Below, in pieces: positions 1 to 13,048 of a DNA stretch of 64,000 nucleotides. A model generated the notes under the pieces. That model had not been told where the DNA came from, ran no database searches, and saw only the letters and a program-made list of their open reading frames with translations. Numbering within the stretch: position 1 is the stretch's first letter; each line of letters starts with the position of its first letter. A program made the position numbers and the translations under genes. The DNA is from Mobula hypostoma (Eukaryota): NCBI RefSeq assembly GCF_963921235.1, contig NC_086097.1:104100001-104164000 (forward strand), in the 5' to 3' direction.

Positions 1-650
1 AAAGTAAGGTACAAACTGAAATAGGTAAAGAACAATGTGGTTTTGTGAAAGACAAAGGTACAAGAAACGCGATATTGATGTTAAGGATACTATCAGAACG
101 AGCTATTCAAGTGCAAAAATATTTGTTTCTTTTATTGACTACACAAAAGCATTTGATAAAAGTGAAGCACAATAAGTTATTCCAAATATTACAGGAAACT
201 CTAGACCTGGATTCAAAAGACCTCCGCCTAATCAGTAGTCTGTACTGGGAACAAACCACCGCTGTAAGAATAGATGGAGAAGTGTCAGTTTACGAAAATC
301 AAGAGAGGCGTTAGACAAGGGTGTGTTTTCTCCCCTGATTTATTTAATGCGTACAGTGAAACAATATTACAAAATATAAGAGACATCTTGGGAATCAAAG
401 TTGGCGGTGAAAACATCAATAACTTTAGATATGCGGATGATACTGTGTTAATTGCAAGTACGGAGGAAGAACTACAAAACTTAATTGATATAGAACATAG
501 AATAGTACAGCACATTACAGGCCCTTCGGCCCACAATGTTGTGCCGACGATGTTGTTGAAGAAAGTGCAAAAATGGGTCTATCTATCAACTGCAAAAAGA
601 TAGAATGTATGATGATATCCAAAAAGGACAATCCTAATCTGCAGGCTGAG
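1..650 (+). mobile_element. RTE-clade LINE reverse transcriptase fragment (frameshifted)
   Basis: ORFs 45-314 and 274-603 give KGTRNAILMLRILSER..., [20 protein letters not shown] and [14 protein letters not shown] (YADD), which are typical RTE RT motifs. It is interrupted near 490-548 by a short antisense CR1-type tail. Confidence 0.85.
490..548 (-). mobile_element. ~60-bp CR1-type 3' tail inserted into the RTE RT
   Basis: Reverse complement is gtcggcacaacattgtgggccgaagggcctgtaatgtgctgtactattctatgttctat, like the CR1 tail at 2370-2410. Removing it restores the reading [12 protein letters not shown]. Confidence 0.75.
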
Positions 651-794
651 AATCTGAAAATACGGCTTTGAAAGGTCCTCCAAGTAATCTTAAGAGAACG
701 GTTACTTGGGAGAAGCACTAATTGCAGGCTTTGTATGAAAACATCGAAGAAAACCGTAAGTAAGCCTTTTCACCTCAAACCCACGTCTCTCGAC

Positions 795-830
795 CTCACC
801 TGTCCAAATCCTTCGTCCGCGAACCGGAAG
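795..830 (-). other. Candidate first exon and splice donor of a divergent (- strand) gene
   Basis: ctcacctg at 795-802 reads CAG|GTGAG on the minus strand, just left of the ETS and NRF1 sites. The start site is not determined. Confidence 0.45.
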
Positions 831-899
831 AGTTCATGCGCATGCGCAGTAGAGGCGGCGCAGGCGGTCAGGCGAATTTCCCAACGTGGTGACCTCACC

Positions 900-1134
900 A
901 GCCGCCAGAGTGCGTGCGTGTGGGCGCGCGATATTGGGTTTGACAGACGCTGCCACTTCTCCAGTAAGCAACAGCTATGGCGACGACGCTTTTGTCCGGT
1001 AGACCAACCGCAACACGACAGAGACAGGAGGCGGGATGCATCGGGTTGGTTTTCGCCCCGCCCTCTTCCACCTCTCCCTTCTCATCCCCTCCCCCGGCAC
1101 ACCAACGGAGAGGGCGCTTGGTGCGCACGGGCAG
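900..1134 (+). other. Candidate first exon of + strand host gene (unidentified)
   Basis: Strong donor CAG|GTGAGG at 1134/1135 and an alternative donor GAG|GTAAGG at 1283/1284. An ATG in good context at 977 is open to the donor (MATTLLSGRP...), but I do not recognise the protein. Start coordinate is approximate. Confidence 0.45.
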
Positions 1135-1719
1135 GTGAGGCAGGGCTGCGTGTTGGAGCCGCTGACTCAGCCACGTCTTTGGGGCTGAATTAGATTTCAA
1201 TTAGTTTCGTATTCCCGTTCCGCTGGTGACGGTGGGTTACCGCGCTGAGAAGTGCCCAGTCGGTCGGGCGGCCGGTCACTGAGGTAAGGTGTTCGCTCGG
1301 CGCCCCTGCACCCTCTCCCCACCCTTGTTTATTCAACGGCCGAGGCGCGGTCTGGAGGTCCGGGAGCGCGCCCGAAGCCCGGCGGCGCGTCGCCGATTGC
1401 ACTGGTCCTGCCCCCATTTAAAGTTGGTGGAGGTCGATGCCTCGCACCTGCCCTTGTCGGGTTACCCTTTGCCCCGGGTCTGTGGACTGTGGGACCGACC
1501 CTGCCGCCGCTAACTGGGCGCTCGTTCGACTACTCTTCCTGCTGTGTAATGGATGCTCGGGGGCTGCTCCAGGTCCTGGTCTCCCTGCCAGCCCAAAGCA
1601 GTTGGGTTGGTGGATACCTGAAAACACGCTTGCAGTAGTGATTCACTCGACAGTCATCGGGCGTTTCGTGCCTCACATTGATATCCTTCAGTAATTAAGC
1701 AGTCGATAAACCTTGCACA

Positions 1720-2830
1720 GGCTGTGACTAGTCGCAGGTATCGGTGTTTCGGGCCCAGCTATTCACCACATTCATCACTTGAAGCGACGCAATGCATAAT
1801 TCTTAAGTTTACTCCTGACAGCTAAACAAGTGGGAATAATGACAGGATGGAGAGTGTAAAGGGGTTTCAGGAAGATTTAGGGTAAATGTAGAGCCAAGAA
1901 ACTGCAGATGTTGGAATCTAGAACAAAAAGAAATCTGCTGGAGAAACTTGGTGCATCCAGTTGCATGGGTGGAGAGAGAAAGAAATCGCTGACTTTTTGG
2001 GATGCATGGCGGTGGATGGCATAGTTAGTGGGCAGTAGCAACGTAAAAATTGCTTATTTGGTGGGCAAAACAGAAAAAGTAGTCTATTAAAGATTGTGAC
2101 AGGAACATGTTGAGTCCATTTAAACAAGTCATTGACAGCCAATGTGAAGTACAGGACTTAGGAAGACAAATAATATGTTGTGCAATTATTGTGTACACTG
2201 ACACACAAGGAATTTGAGAGTAAACATGTTTGGCAGATACATTTAGGGGCATTTAAGAAATTCTTAGTTGCATGTCTGATAGAAAAAAGGAGGGCTATGT
2301 AGGAGGGATGTTAGATTGATTGATGTTAGAATGTTAGATTGATCTTTTAGAGTAGGTTAAAAGGTCAGCAGAACCTGGTGGGCTGAAGAGCCTGTACTGT
2401 TAATGTTCTATGTGTGACTATAGTTGTAGAGACCATAATGAGAAGGCACCTTGAGCATTGCACACAGTTTTGGTAACTGCCAGTTTTGCTGTATGAGGAG
2501 AGATTGAGTAGCTGAAGCCTCTATCCAGTTTAGAAAAATGAAAGAATGGATGATGAATGGAAGAATGAATTACTCTGGCTCAGTAATTTAACAGCAAGGG
2601 CCACAATCTCAGACTATGGGTAGCTCATTTAAAAAGTGAGAAAAAAGAGAAATTTACAGTGCACAAAGCGTTGAACCTTTGCAGCTCTCCATCTTGGAAG
2701 GCGGTAGAAAACTCTTGTTAGTTTAATTAAATACAGGGATCAATAGATTTCTGATATTTCAGGGATTGTGTAGGAAAATGAAATTGAGCAGGAAATTGGC
2801 ATGGATTTTCATGATACAGTGAAGCAGTAT
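1720..2830 (+). mobile_element. Highly decayed CR1 fragments including a 3' tail
   Basis: Degenerate matches to the CR1 RT and 3' UTR of the younger copies in this window; tail ...gggctgaagagcctgtactgttaatgttctatg at about 2380-2412. Confidence 0.55.
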
Positions 2831-2939
2831 TGATTAATGCTTCTCCCAGTTATGTTCTTCATTGCTGGCAAAGAGCTAGAAGCTTAGGCGGTGGTACGTT
2901 TGACCTTTCATGTCTTTAATGCTCGGTCAGTTGATATGA

Positions 2940-5520
2940 AGCATAGTATAACACTGTAAAGACTATTTGGCCCATGATATTGTCCCACATTGCTCCTCAC
3001 ATTGCCTTTAAACCTTACCCTCTAAATTTAAAGTCATGTCATCTGGTGTTCCTACCCACAGAGATTCTGACTGTCTACCCTTTCTATGCCCCTCATAATT
3101 TTAAAGCCTCTATCTGCTCCAGGGAAACAATCCAAGTTTGTCAAATCTTTCCTTGTCGCTAATAACCTCTAATCTCTCTTTCTCTGTAACTCTGAATCAT
3201 AGAGCACTACCACACAGAAACAGTACCTTTGGTCCATCTCATTTGTGCTGAAGTATTATTTTGCCTAGTCCTATCGTTCTTGCCCCTCCATTCCATGTAC
3301 TTATACAAACTTCTCTGTAATGTTGAAGTTGAATCTGCCTCCACCACTTACCCTGGCAGCTTGTTCAGCACTTTCACCATCCTCTGAGTGAAGAAGTTAC
3401 CATTCATGTTCCCCTTAAATATTTCGCCTTTCACCATTAACCCATGACTTTTAGTTCTAGTCTCACCCAACCTCAGTGGGAAAAGCCTGCTTACATTTGC
3501 CCTATCTGTACCCCTCATAATACTTCTCTCGAACCTTCATATCTCCCCTCATTCTCCTATGCTTCAGGGAATAAATTACCAGTCCATTCAATCTTTCCCG
3601 ATAACTCAGGTCCTCAAATCTTGGTGACATACTTGAAAATTTTCTCTGTACTCTGTAAATTATATTCATACATTTCCTTTAGGTAGGTGATCAGAGCTGC
3701 ACACAATGCTCATAATAGGCCTCACCGAAGTCTTATACAACTTCAACATAACATTCCAACTCCTGTCCTGAATACCTTAATTTATGAAAGCCAATGTGCC
3801 AAAGCTCCCTATATACCTGAGATGCCACTTTCAAGGAATGGATCTGTATCTCCAAATCCCTTTGTTTTATCACATTCCTTAGTGCCCTACTGTGTACTGA
3901 GTCCCCTCCTTTACTCCCTGTATACCCATGACTGTATCGCCACCCACAGCTCCAATCTGCTAATTAAATTTGCTGACGATACTACATTGATTGGCCTTAT
4001 CTCAAACAATTACAAGGTGGCCTACAGGGAAGAAGTCATCTCTGTGATACAGTGGGATCAGGAAAACAACTTCTCCCTCAATGTTGCAAAAACAAAGGAG
4101 CAGGTTGTGAATTACAGGAGGAATGGAGTTGGGCTAACCCCTATTGACATCAATAGATCTGGGGTTGAGAGGCATCCACATCACCGAGGACCTCAGTGAT
4201 CCACAGTGGTACACAACGGTGCCTCTTTCACCTCAGACAGTTGAGAAAGTTTGGTATGGGCCCCAAATCCTAAGAACTTTCTACAGGGGCACACCTGACT
4301 GGCTGCATCACTGCCTGGTATTGGAACTGTACCTCCCCTAATCGTAGGATTCTGCAGAGAGTGGAGCGGCCAGCCCAGTGCATCTGTAGCTATGAACTTC
4401 CCATGATTCAGGACATTTACAAGGACAGGTGTGTAAAAAGGGCCCATAGGATCATTGGGGACCCAAGCCATCCCAACTGCAATCTATTCCAGCTGCTACC
4501 ATCTGGGAAGCGGTACCACAGCATAAAAGCCAGGACCAACAGGCTCCGGGACAGGTTCTTCCACCAGGCCATCAGACTGATGAATTCATGCTGACTTGAG
4601 TGTACTCTATTTATTATAAATTACTATAATTGCATATTTAGATGGAGACGTAATGTAAAGATTTTTACTCCTTGTTTTGTGAAGGATGTAAGAAATAAAG
4701 TCAATTCAATTAAGTACTGTGCAAGTCCTATCCTGGTTTGTCCTTCCAAAGTGCAACACCTCACACTTGTCTGCATTAAATTCCATCTGTCATTTTCATT
4801 CCATTTTTCCAGCTGGTCCAGATCCCACGGCAAAGTTTGATGGTCCTCCTCACCCCCAATTTTGGTGTCATCTGCAAATTTGCTGATCCAGTTAACCACA
4901 TTATCATCCAGATCATTGATATAGATGACAATCAACAATGGACCTAGCACTGAGCCCTGCTGCACACTGCTAGTCCCAGGCCTCCTGTCAGAAGCAACTA
5001 TCTAATACCACTGTAGCTTCTCCTGTGAAGCCAATGTTTAATCCAGTTTATGATCACATCCTGAACGCCAAGCAACTGAACCTACTTGACCGACCTCCCG
5101 TGTAAGACCTTGTCAAAGGCTTTGCTAAGTCCATGTAGACAACATCCACTGTCTTTCCTTCAATAACTTTCCTGGTACACCTGAAAAGCTTTTAAAGGGT
5201 CTGAGTGAATACCTTGTCAGGTCACGGGGATGGGGATTTATTCATCCTAACTTGCCTCAAGACAGCAAGCATTTCCTCTTCTGTAATCGTATGTGATCCA
5301 TGAGCTCACTGCTGTTTTACCTCAATTCTCCAGATTCCGTTTGTCTCCCAAGTAAATACAAATATCAAAAAAAAAATCAATTTAAGATTTTCAATTCTTT
5401 CAGAGTGGCATCCTGGTAAACTATTACTGCACCTTTTCTGTTGTCTGCATCCTTCCTGTAATGGAGTGACCAGAACTGCACACTACTACCAAGTGTGGTC
5501 TGACTATAAAGTTTGATAAA
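2940..5520 (-). mobile_element. Decayed CR1 LINE pieces (antisense), split by a Rex insertion
   Basis: ORF 4624-4965 reads [36 protein letters not shown]; antisense 3' UTR sequence at about 3190-3880. Confidence 0.75.
3890..4712 (+). mobile_element. Rex1/Babar LINE, 5'-truncated
   Basis: CVLSPLLYSLYTHDC...KFADDTTLIGLISNN and GDPSHP...LFQLLPSGKRY...RTNRLRDRFFHQAIRLMNS; tail aataaagtcaattcaatt. Flanked by TACTGTG at 3888-3894 and 4715-4721 (target duplication or microhomology). Confidence 0.85.
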
Positions 5521-5814
5521 GCTGCAGCATAACTTCCTTACTCCAACCTGTTTGGCTGGAAAAGTTTCTGGTTAGTGGTGATTATACTTCTGCATATCCC
5601 CCATGTTAAAAAAAAAAGGCTGGGCCATTTGATGATGACATTGCCATTCATTGTTATGAGAATGTGGTTTGATTTCCCCTTGGATCCTGCCCAGCCCAAG
5701 AATTCTGAGCAGGTCCTGTTGCAATAAGTGAAGGATTAAATGTGGAATTTAGGAGTGAGCAAATTTTGTAGAGTTCCCATGGACTGCAGTTCAACTAAGG
5801 GTATTGATAACAGC

Positions 5815-6270
5815 TTTAAAAGTTTAAAGTAAATTTATTATGAAAATACACATGTCACCATATTATTACCATGAGATTCATGTTCTTGCAGGTATTCACA
5901 GTAACACAAGAAATATAATAGAATCAATGAAAAACTACACACAAAACTGACAAACAACCAATGGGGAAAAGAATACAATCTATGCGGATACAAAATAATT
6001 ATAAGTAAATAAATAATAGTGAGAACATGAGTTGTAGAGTCCTTGAAAGTGAGTTCATAGCTTGTGGAATCAGTTCAGAGTTGAGGTGAGTGAAGTTAGC
6101 CATGCTGGTTTGAAGCTTGATAGTTGAAGTGTAATAACTTCCTGAACCTGATGGTGTGGGACTGAAGGTTCTTGTACGTCTCTCTGATCACAGCAGTGAG
6201 AAGAGAGTGTGACCTGAATGGTGGGGGTCCTTGATGATGTATCCTTTGTTGCGGCAGCGCTCTCTGTACA
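5815..6270 (-). mobile_element. Rex/Babar-type LINE 3' end (antisense)
   Basis: Antisense tail aataaatttactttaaacttt and a decayed C-terminal coding segment; same family as 57760-58530 and 21760-22440. Confidence 0.65.
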
Positions 6271-6271
6271 A

Positions 6272-6605
6272 TACTGTGCAAAAATCTCAGGCACATACAA
6301 AAAAAATTCTGTGAAGCGAAAATGCTTTCAGAAGTAACAAAATAAAAAGTTTCTGAGTATCAAACGTTTATTATAATGAGCAGATAATAGTGAAATCAAA
6401 TCAATATTTGGTGTGACTGTTCTTTACCTTTAAAACTGCATCAATTCTCTTGGGTACACTTTTGTGCAGTTTTATTAGAAAATCGTCTGGTAGATTGTTC
6501 CAACCACCTTGGAGAACTTGCCACAGTTCTTCTACAGACTGGCTGTCTTATTGGCTTTTATCTCTCTGGGTAATCCCAGACAGCCTTGATGCTGTTGAGA
6601 TCTGA
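6272..6605 (-). mobile_element. Tc1/mariner DNA transposon fragment
   Basis: Tc1-like end tactgtgcaaaaatctcaggcac followed by the antisense end of a Tc1 transposase (decayed DLNxIE.VWD and KGxHTKY* motifs). Confidence 0.6.
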
Positions 6606-8374
6606 AACCATATATCTATAGAAGTTGGTCAAAATTTTACATGATTTGTGCTGAATCTGCAGAACCATCTAAGAAAATAGAGATGCTGTCATGTCTTCTG
6701 TGTAATGGTTAGGGATGTTTTGAAAAGAGGTTTAATGTATGTTCATGAATTTTGTTTGATGAGTGCTAATCAAGTGTCTAGCTCCCTAGACCAGTTGATC
6801 TCTGACTGTCCCCCCTGCCGCCCCCCCCCGAGTGATTTAAGTTTTACTTTAAAGTAGAAAGTACGCCAGGGATGTACACGTTTGTGAGTTGCCCTAGTCA
6901 TGGAGAGAAACCCTGCAGAAATGACACCTTCAATCCATCATTTAACTCTAATCCAATTACACTATTCTTGCTTCATCCTATTTTATGTTTTCGACATTCC
7001 CATCAATTCTCCCAAGGTTTTATTACTCACTAACACAATAGGGACAATTTACAGTGGACAATTAATCTACTAATCCAATTTTACCATGGGAGTTGAAAAC
7101 AAATATTCAAAAGTAAATGGGGGTAAAGTGTTAATTCAGTTTGTGAATTTTTGGTTATTGTTCTCTTTTTTTCTTCTCTATAAAATATTAGTTTCAGTAT
7201 CTTTCAAGTTTAGCCACATTTTTCTAGTGTACATCAAGGAAAACAATATGGTATCATGTCATCGCTTCTGTTCATTTCACTTAATGTAGATTTTAAGTTT
7301 TTTTTAGAAATGTGTACTGAAAAATGACGAGCAATATTGAAGTTAACGTCAATGTCAATGCTGTATTTCTGTTCAAAGATCTTTGCTTCAAAATAATAAG
7401 TCATAATTTGATAATGTATTGTACAAAGGACCTTAGTCATTTTATTAATATTTTTTTTATTCCAGTTCCATATATCCAAGATTAGATTTTAAAATATAAT
7501 TCTACTGGTAGCTACTCGGTAATGAATACTGAGGAATAAGTTTACAATGATCAGAGTATCCTCGACATTGCCTAGGTTTCCGTGAGCCATTGACTGAGTT
7601 ACTGACAAGATTGAATGTTAAATGGTTTGCTAGATCCTTATCCTGAAGAGTTTTTATTTCCTTCTTACTATCAGATATTTTAGGTAAATCTGTCATTATA
7701 CATGTTTATTTTACTAGTATTGTCAAATTGCAACCATGTTGTGCACAATGTGGAAGGAATGGGTTAAACACTCAGGTTTAGAAAATATTTCATACTTGGT
7801 CTTTTGGTATTATTCCTTCCAAGATAGTGAAGAGTTATAAGGCTGCATTTGACCTCAGACCTTGGATAGGCAATTAATTTGGGCAAGCTTCCCATTTCTG
7901 CTTACATTCTGATAATTAGTTGGGGAAAGTGTAAATACAAATGAAAGCACGGTTGCATATCAGTGGTTATTCTCATGGTTGAATAGCTTGCGAACTCTGA
8001 AATGTGTTAGTCTTGGTTAACATTAGAGTGATAAGGTTACTGGTGCGAGAAGGAAAATTCTTTTAGGGTTGAAAGTGAAGATGCTGAGTTGATGCCTCCC
8101 TCTGGGACAAGTTGCCGAAAACCTGGAGTTTCAGTTTCAAAATAGCTGTGCATTCAAGGCTAAAATAGGGTGAGGATTCTTTAGTAGGGCAGTGGTAAAT
8201 CTTTGCAATTCTATACCCAAAAGGGTGTAGAAACTTGGTTGCTGAATATATTAATGGATGTTTTTTGTATCTTGAAGGAATAGAAGAATAGGAAAGTGGT
8301 GCAGCCATAAAATTTGATAGCTTTGTATCAAATGGCAAAGCAGATGAATAGAATCAGGTGGCCTTCCTGCTTTT

Positions 8375-8480
8375 TTCAAGAGTCCTGCCAAAGGGTTTTG
8401 GCCCGAAAGTTGACTGTACTGTTTTCCATAGATGCTGCCTGGCCTGCTGAGTTCCTCCAGCATTTTGTGTGTGTTGCTTT
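8375..8480 (+). mobile_element. Penelope-like terminal repeat fragment with decayed hammerhead
   Basis: agtc-CTGCCAA-A-GGG-ttttgg-CCC-GAAA-gtt-gact followed by atagatgctgcctggcctgctgagttcctccagca, matching the terminal repeat at 54810-54960. Confidence 0.75.
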
Positions 8481-9567
8481 TATTTCATACAATCTGCATC
8501 CTGCGTACCAAGAGACATAAACAACCTACAATGGGCACCCCATAGCACTGGAATGGTACTGCTGACATTGCCTTTAATTTTCCAAATCCACTGGTAAGTG
8601 AATGATGTCCTCTCCCAAGTAGACATCCCTAGCATCAAGGCCCTTAGCTAGCTTGGATGGTGAGGCTGTATTATGTGCTTATTTGATGCAGGCTCATAAC
8701 ATGGACACTTAATACTCTCAATCACAGCAAGAGGGTTCTAGGCTGGAAGAGAAAATGCTTCAGGCATTCAAGTTAGCTGTTGTACAGACTTGCAGCAGTC
8801 CTTGTCTGTGACGATTTAAAATGGGCAAAGAGTATTTTGTTTCTTTGTTAGGATCAGTGGGAAAGATTGGAACATGTCCCACCTCTTGTGTGGACATTTC
8901 CTGCTACATCTGTGGTAGTCTGTAGATTCATGATTGGTCTCTTCAGCCACCTTGGAACCAACAAAACTGGAGCAAAGTCAAATTGTGCTCAATCCTGAGA
9001 GATTGTTGGAAATGAAGAAAGTTATTTTTTTCCCCATTTTGAGCAATTTCATCTTGAATTTGGACGGTATAGCTGAGCTGTTAAGAAGTTCGGACTGCTG
9101 TTTTCTCCCTCTCAGATACTGCTGAGAGAACTGACAGCTCATTGGCCCACTTCAAGGCACGAGTTCTGGCCTCGTCTGGGTCATTCTCATATATTGTGAA
9201 AAGAATTAATGAGAATGGTATTGATAGTGCTCTTTTACTGTATATCTACATTTTGTAAGCATGCTGAAGTCAGGCTGTATTTTAATTAAATGGCTAACAT
9301 AAGCAGTGCAGAATTTTCTGAAATTATGACCTCTGCATTATGTAAAAATCCATCTGTTTTACTAATATCTGTGAGGGAATCATCAAAGCACTGCAGAGTT
9401 ACCATCAATGTTGTCTGCAGATTGCTCCAAATATACTGCAAGGATAAACAAACCAGCTTCATTTTCCGCTCTGAGGTGAGTATTGATGCCCTGCTGACAT
9501 TTGAATGGCTTTGATCGGATGGCCTTGTGGCTGATACTGAATTCTCAAAGCAGACCCTTTATTCTGA

Positions 9568-10964
9568 GGCTACGTCCACACTGGACTGGATAATTTTGAA
9601 AACGCCGGTTTCGAGTAAAACGACAGGCGTCCACACTAGGTGTTTTTCAAAATATCTCTGTCCACACTAAAACAGATATTTGGGCGAATCTGCTCCTACT
9701 GTGCATGTGCAGACATATCTACAGAAAACAAGCGAAGAGGAAACGGTATAATATTTGTTTCCATGGCGGCGTTGTGCTATTTCCATTGGGCAAAGACTAG
9801 AGTACCTGCAACAACAGTGAAAGAAAGTTTTCAACAATGTCTTCGAGGAATACAAAGAAAACTTGGAAAATCAGACCTGACTTCTTCGTTTAGACAGACA
9901 ATGAAGTGGAGCTGTTTCTGTGAGTTACAAGCGACAACAAATTCAGCAAAGCAGTGGAGATGGTTAATTCCAAACAAGCTATTAACGTAGACAATAAAGT
10001 AAACAACACACGCATGAAGCCGTCCTGTACCCAAGATCAACAATTACAAAATGTTAAATGGTCAACTCGACATAGCTACCAATCCCACATCAAACCCAAG
10101 CAGAAGAGGGCACTCAACTCAATTTTAAATACTACCTACCAAGTCAGATGTGTACAGCAATTCATCCCCCCCCACCCCGCACAGTTGAAGCATGGAATAA
10201 TCTTAATCCTAACACAGTCACACAATCAAACCCAATTAAATTTAAGGCAGCTTTTCTTCTTCAAGAATCTCCTTCTTAAGCCCACCCTCCGCCACCTCGA
10301 GTTTAAATTCCATGCGGAATACTTTGGAGGATCAAGAACCAAGAGAGTGGAATCTTCTGCCGCCAGACCTGCGCGGTATTTCTGACATTAATATTTTTAA
10401 AGGTAGACTTAATCAAATCAATTTAGGAGATCTAGTCAAAAAAGTTCACTTTACAATTTAACTCTCACGCCGTTCACACTGACTGTGAGTTATAACAGCG
10501 ATGGTCAGTCAGCGACAGTGCTGGCTTGGAGACCCCGGGGTACAGGAGATCGAGGGTACGACCACCACAGACTGGGAGACCGGAGGGTACAGGCAGAAGA
10601 ACAGAGGATGTAAACAGAGAAACCGAGGGGACCAGCTTGAAAGCCACCTCCAGTTTAAATTCCATGCAGAATATTTTGGAGGATCAAGAACCAAGATCAG
10701 CCGTCCGGCAGTGCTTGCGCAGTACCAAGCAGAAGCAGAAAAAGCATTGTTGTTGTGGTGTTGTCATGACAACGTTTTAAAATCTCTCAGTTTACCCCGT
10801 CCACACTACAACATGAAACAATCGTTTTCAAATTTACACACTCTGGAGAATGTTTTCGAAAATCTGTTTTTGGGGGATGAAAACACCGTTTGTTTGGTGG
10901 AAAGGTCAAAATGAAGAGAAAAAGCTTTGTTTTCAAAATTATCCGGCGTAGTGTGGACGTAGCC
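9568..10964. mobile_element. Non-autonomous PIF/Harbinger DNA transposon
   Basis: Inverted repeats GGCTACGTCCACACT...GGATAATTTTGAAAAC at both ends; 3-bp target duplication TGA (9565-9567 and 10965-10967); no transposase ORF. Confidence 0.85.
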
Positions 10965-13048
10965 TGAGCTCTGTTGCAGCAAGAGATTACCAGGTGCACG
11001 ATTCAAAAATGTGGTCAATGCTTCCTTGGTAAAGGAACCTGTGGGAGGCCCAGCCCCATGACCACTCTGAATGGAGAGGAATGTCTGGGTGACATTGAAA
11101 ACTATGAATTCATGCATTCAGAGTATACAATATCAGGTTATCCAGTGAGACAGCACATCAGCTTCCAAAAAACCAATTGGGTGCCACAATTAAGCGTGCC
11201 ATGTCTCACCTGTCATGGATTCTTCTTGTTCCATATTGGCTTCGTGCACATAGAACTGGAGTGGAAGCAGATTATTCCTTATCCTGGAGCTGTTGAAGAT
11301 GATATGTCTGCAGTGAATGGAAAAGTGTATTTGAAAGCTTGTGTGCAGGCATTATGGTGTGCCTTTTGTCACTGGCGAAATACAGTGCCTATAAAAAGTA
11401 TATGTGTGTATATAATGTTGCAGTAAATCTCTTGGGTGTTAATTTCTCAAGTCAAGGTAATTAAAATATTAGTCGTTTGCTGAATTGTGATTCACAATGT
11501 AAATTTTTTCTTGAAGCCACCAAGTTTTATTGTGTAGGAGGGAAAGAACCACATGACTAAGAAGCAACCCAGGGTCTTCTCATCTGCTGTATGGCCGAAA
11601 TAGTCCCAGCAAAGAATCTGTGCTAGTTTAGTCACATAAAGCAGAAAGGAAACTACAATTTCAAAACATGTTCAAAGTGATTTTGAGTCCCCTCTTGATT
11701 TCCTCTGCTCCAAGAAAAACAAGCCCAGCATTTATAGTCTCTTCTTGTAAATGAAGCATTTCAACATCCTGGTGAATCTCCTCTTCACCCTCTCCAGAAT
11801 AACAGAACTCTACACATTACTCCAACTGTAACCTGATTAATGTTTTATAACACAACATGCAATGTGACATCCCTGCTCTTGTATTCTGTGCCCTGGCTCA
11901 TGAAGATTGGCATTGCTATTTGCTGCTTTTATCATCCCAGCTATCTGTTCGAACATCTTCAATGTTTGAACTTCTACATCAAGATCCCTGTGTTCCCTCA
12001 GTATGCTCTAGGGTCCTGTATTGATCGTGCATGTGCTAGCTTAATTCGACCTCTCAAAATTAATCAGTAGCACTTATCAGGATTAAATTCCGTCCCAGTT
12101 TATCAGATTATCAATAGCTTTCTGTAGCCTCAGACGATCCATATTGGACCATTAATTTCAAAACTAACCAACAATATGGGAAATCTGCCAGTCCAGCATC
12201 ATTAAAGTTATGAGAGGGTGCTGGGTTATTAGACTTTCACTCTGTTATTTAGTTTTTAATTGTTAATATGTAGGTATTTTTGTCACAACTTAATTAACCA
12301 TTGTTTCACTGTTTGAAGTAGCTTCTAAAGTTAAATTCCAGCTGAGCATGTTAGAAATGTTTCAAGATTTCTGGTACGTGTTCTAAATGTGGTTACACTT
12401 GCAACTTAACAGAATATGAGCTTGCACTTCGGCTACTTCACAATTTGAGTTGGTTTGGAAGTGTGGCAATAATTAAATTAAATTGACAGATAATACATTT
12501 AAGTTTCCTGGATAAGGATCCACTGAACAATACTGAGCTAAATCTTTCATGGTTGTTGGAATCTTGGTGATGGCAACTGGCTTCCACAGTGTTTCTTGGC
12601 CTTGTTATAAGTAATAAAATCAGTAGACTAATGCCCTTTTAAATGAACTTTAAACCTGCTTGCTTACATGTGGCTTTCTCTTTTGTTTTCCTAAAGCTAA
12701 TGTTAGGGATGGGCCTTCGTGAACACTAGTTACCCCTATGATGGTCATGTATGAAACTAACTTGTCAAGTATTAGGTTGCAGAAGTGTGTTGCATAATCC
12801 TACACTCAGCTGCTGTGAAGTGCTCACTGGGATGGACACAGGCTAATGATATGGAGCACTCCCACCCGCTTCCATCCCAGCTGATAATGTCTAAACTAGC
12901 ATAAAATTGGGAAACATTTTTAATGTAGAAAAACTTCAACATTATCTCACAACCGCTAAGCTTTAAAGCTTTGCAGTTATTTAATGGTAAAATGTTTGTG
13001 AATTTATGGCACATTTTCATCTTTCACAGTGTGCTTTTTTAAAATGAT

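Larger units (their letters stand above)
760..1760. promoter_or_regulatory. CpG island / probable bidirectional housekeeping promoter
   Basis: CpG- and GC-rich unique sequence in a CpG-poor window. Contains an ETS/GABP-type CCGGAAG (824-830), a perfect NRF1 palindrome TGCGCATGCGCA (837-848), a GC box near 1055-1063 and splice donors on both strands. Confidence 0.8.

Noticed and set aside
735..1694. ORFs across the CpG island (for example 735-1193, 152 aa)
   Set aside because: GC-rich sequence has few stop codons; no recognisable domains, and the ORFs cross the splice donors.
5622..5716. Possible C/D box snoRNA (ATGATGA 5632-38, CTGA 5705-08)
   Set aside because: Terminal stem is weak, there are no clear internal boxes, and only about 9 nt could pair with 18S rRNA; compatible with chance without a snoRNA search.
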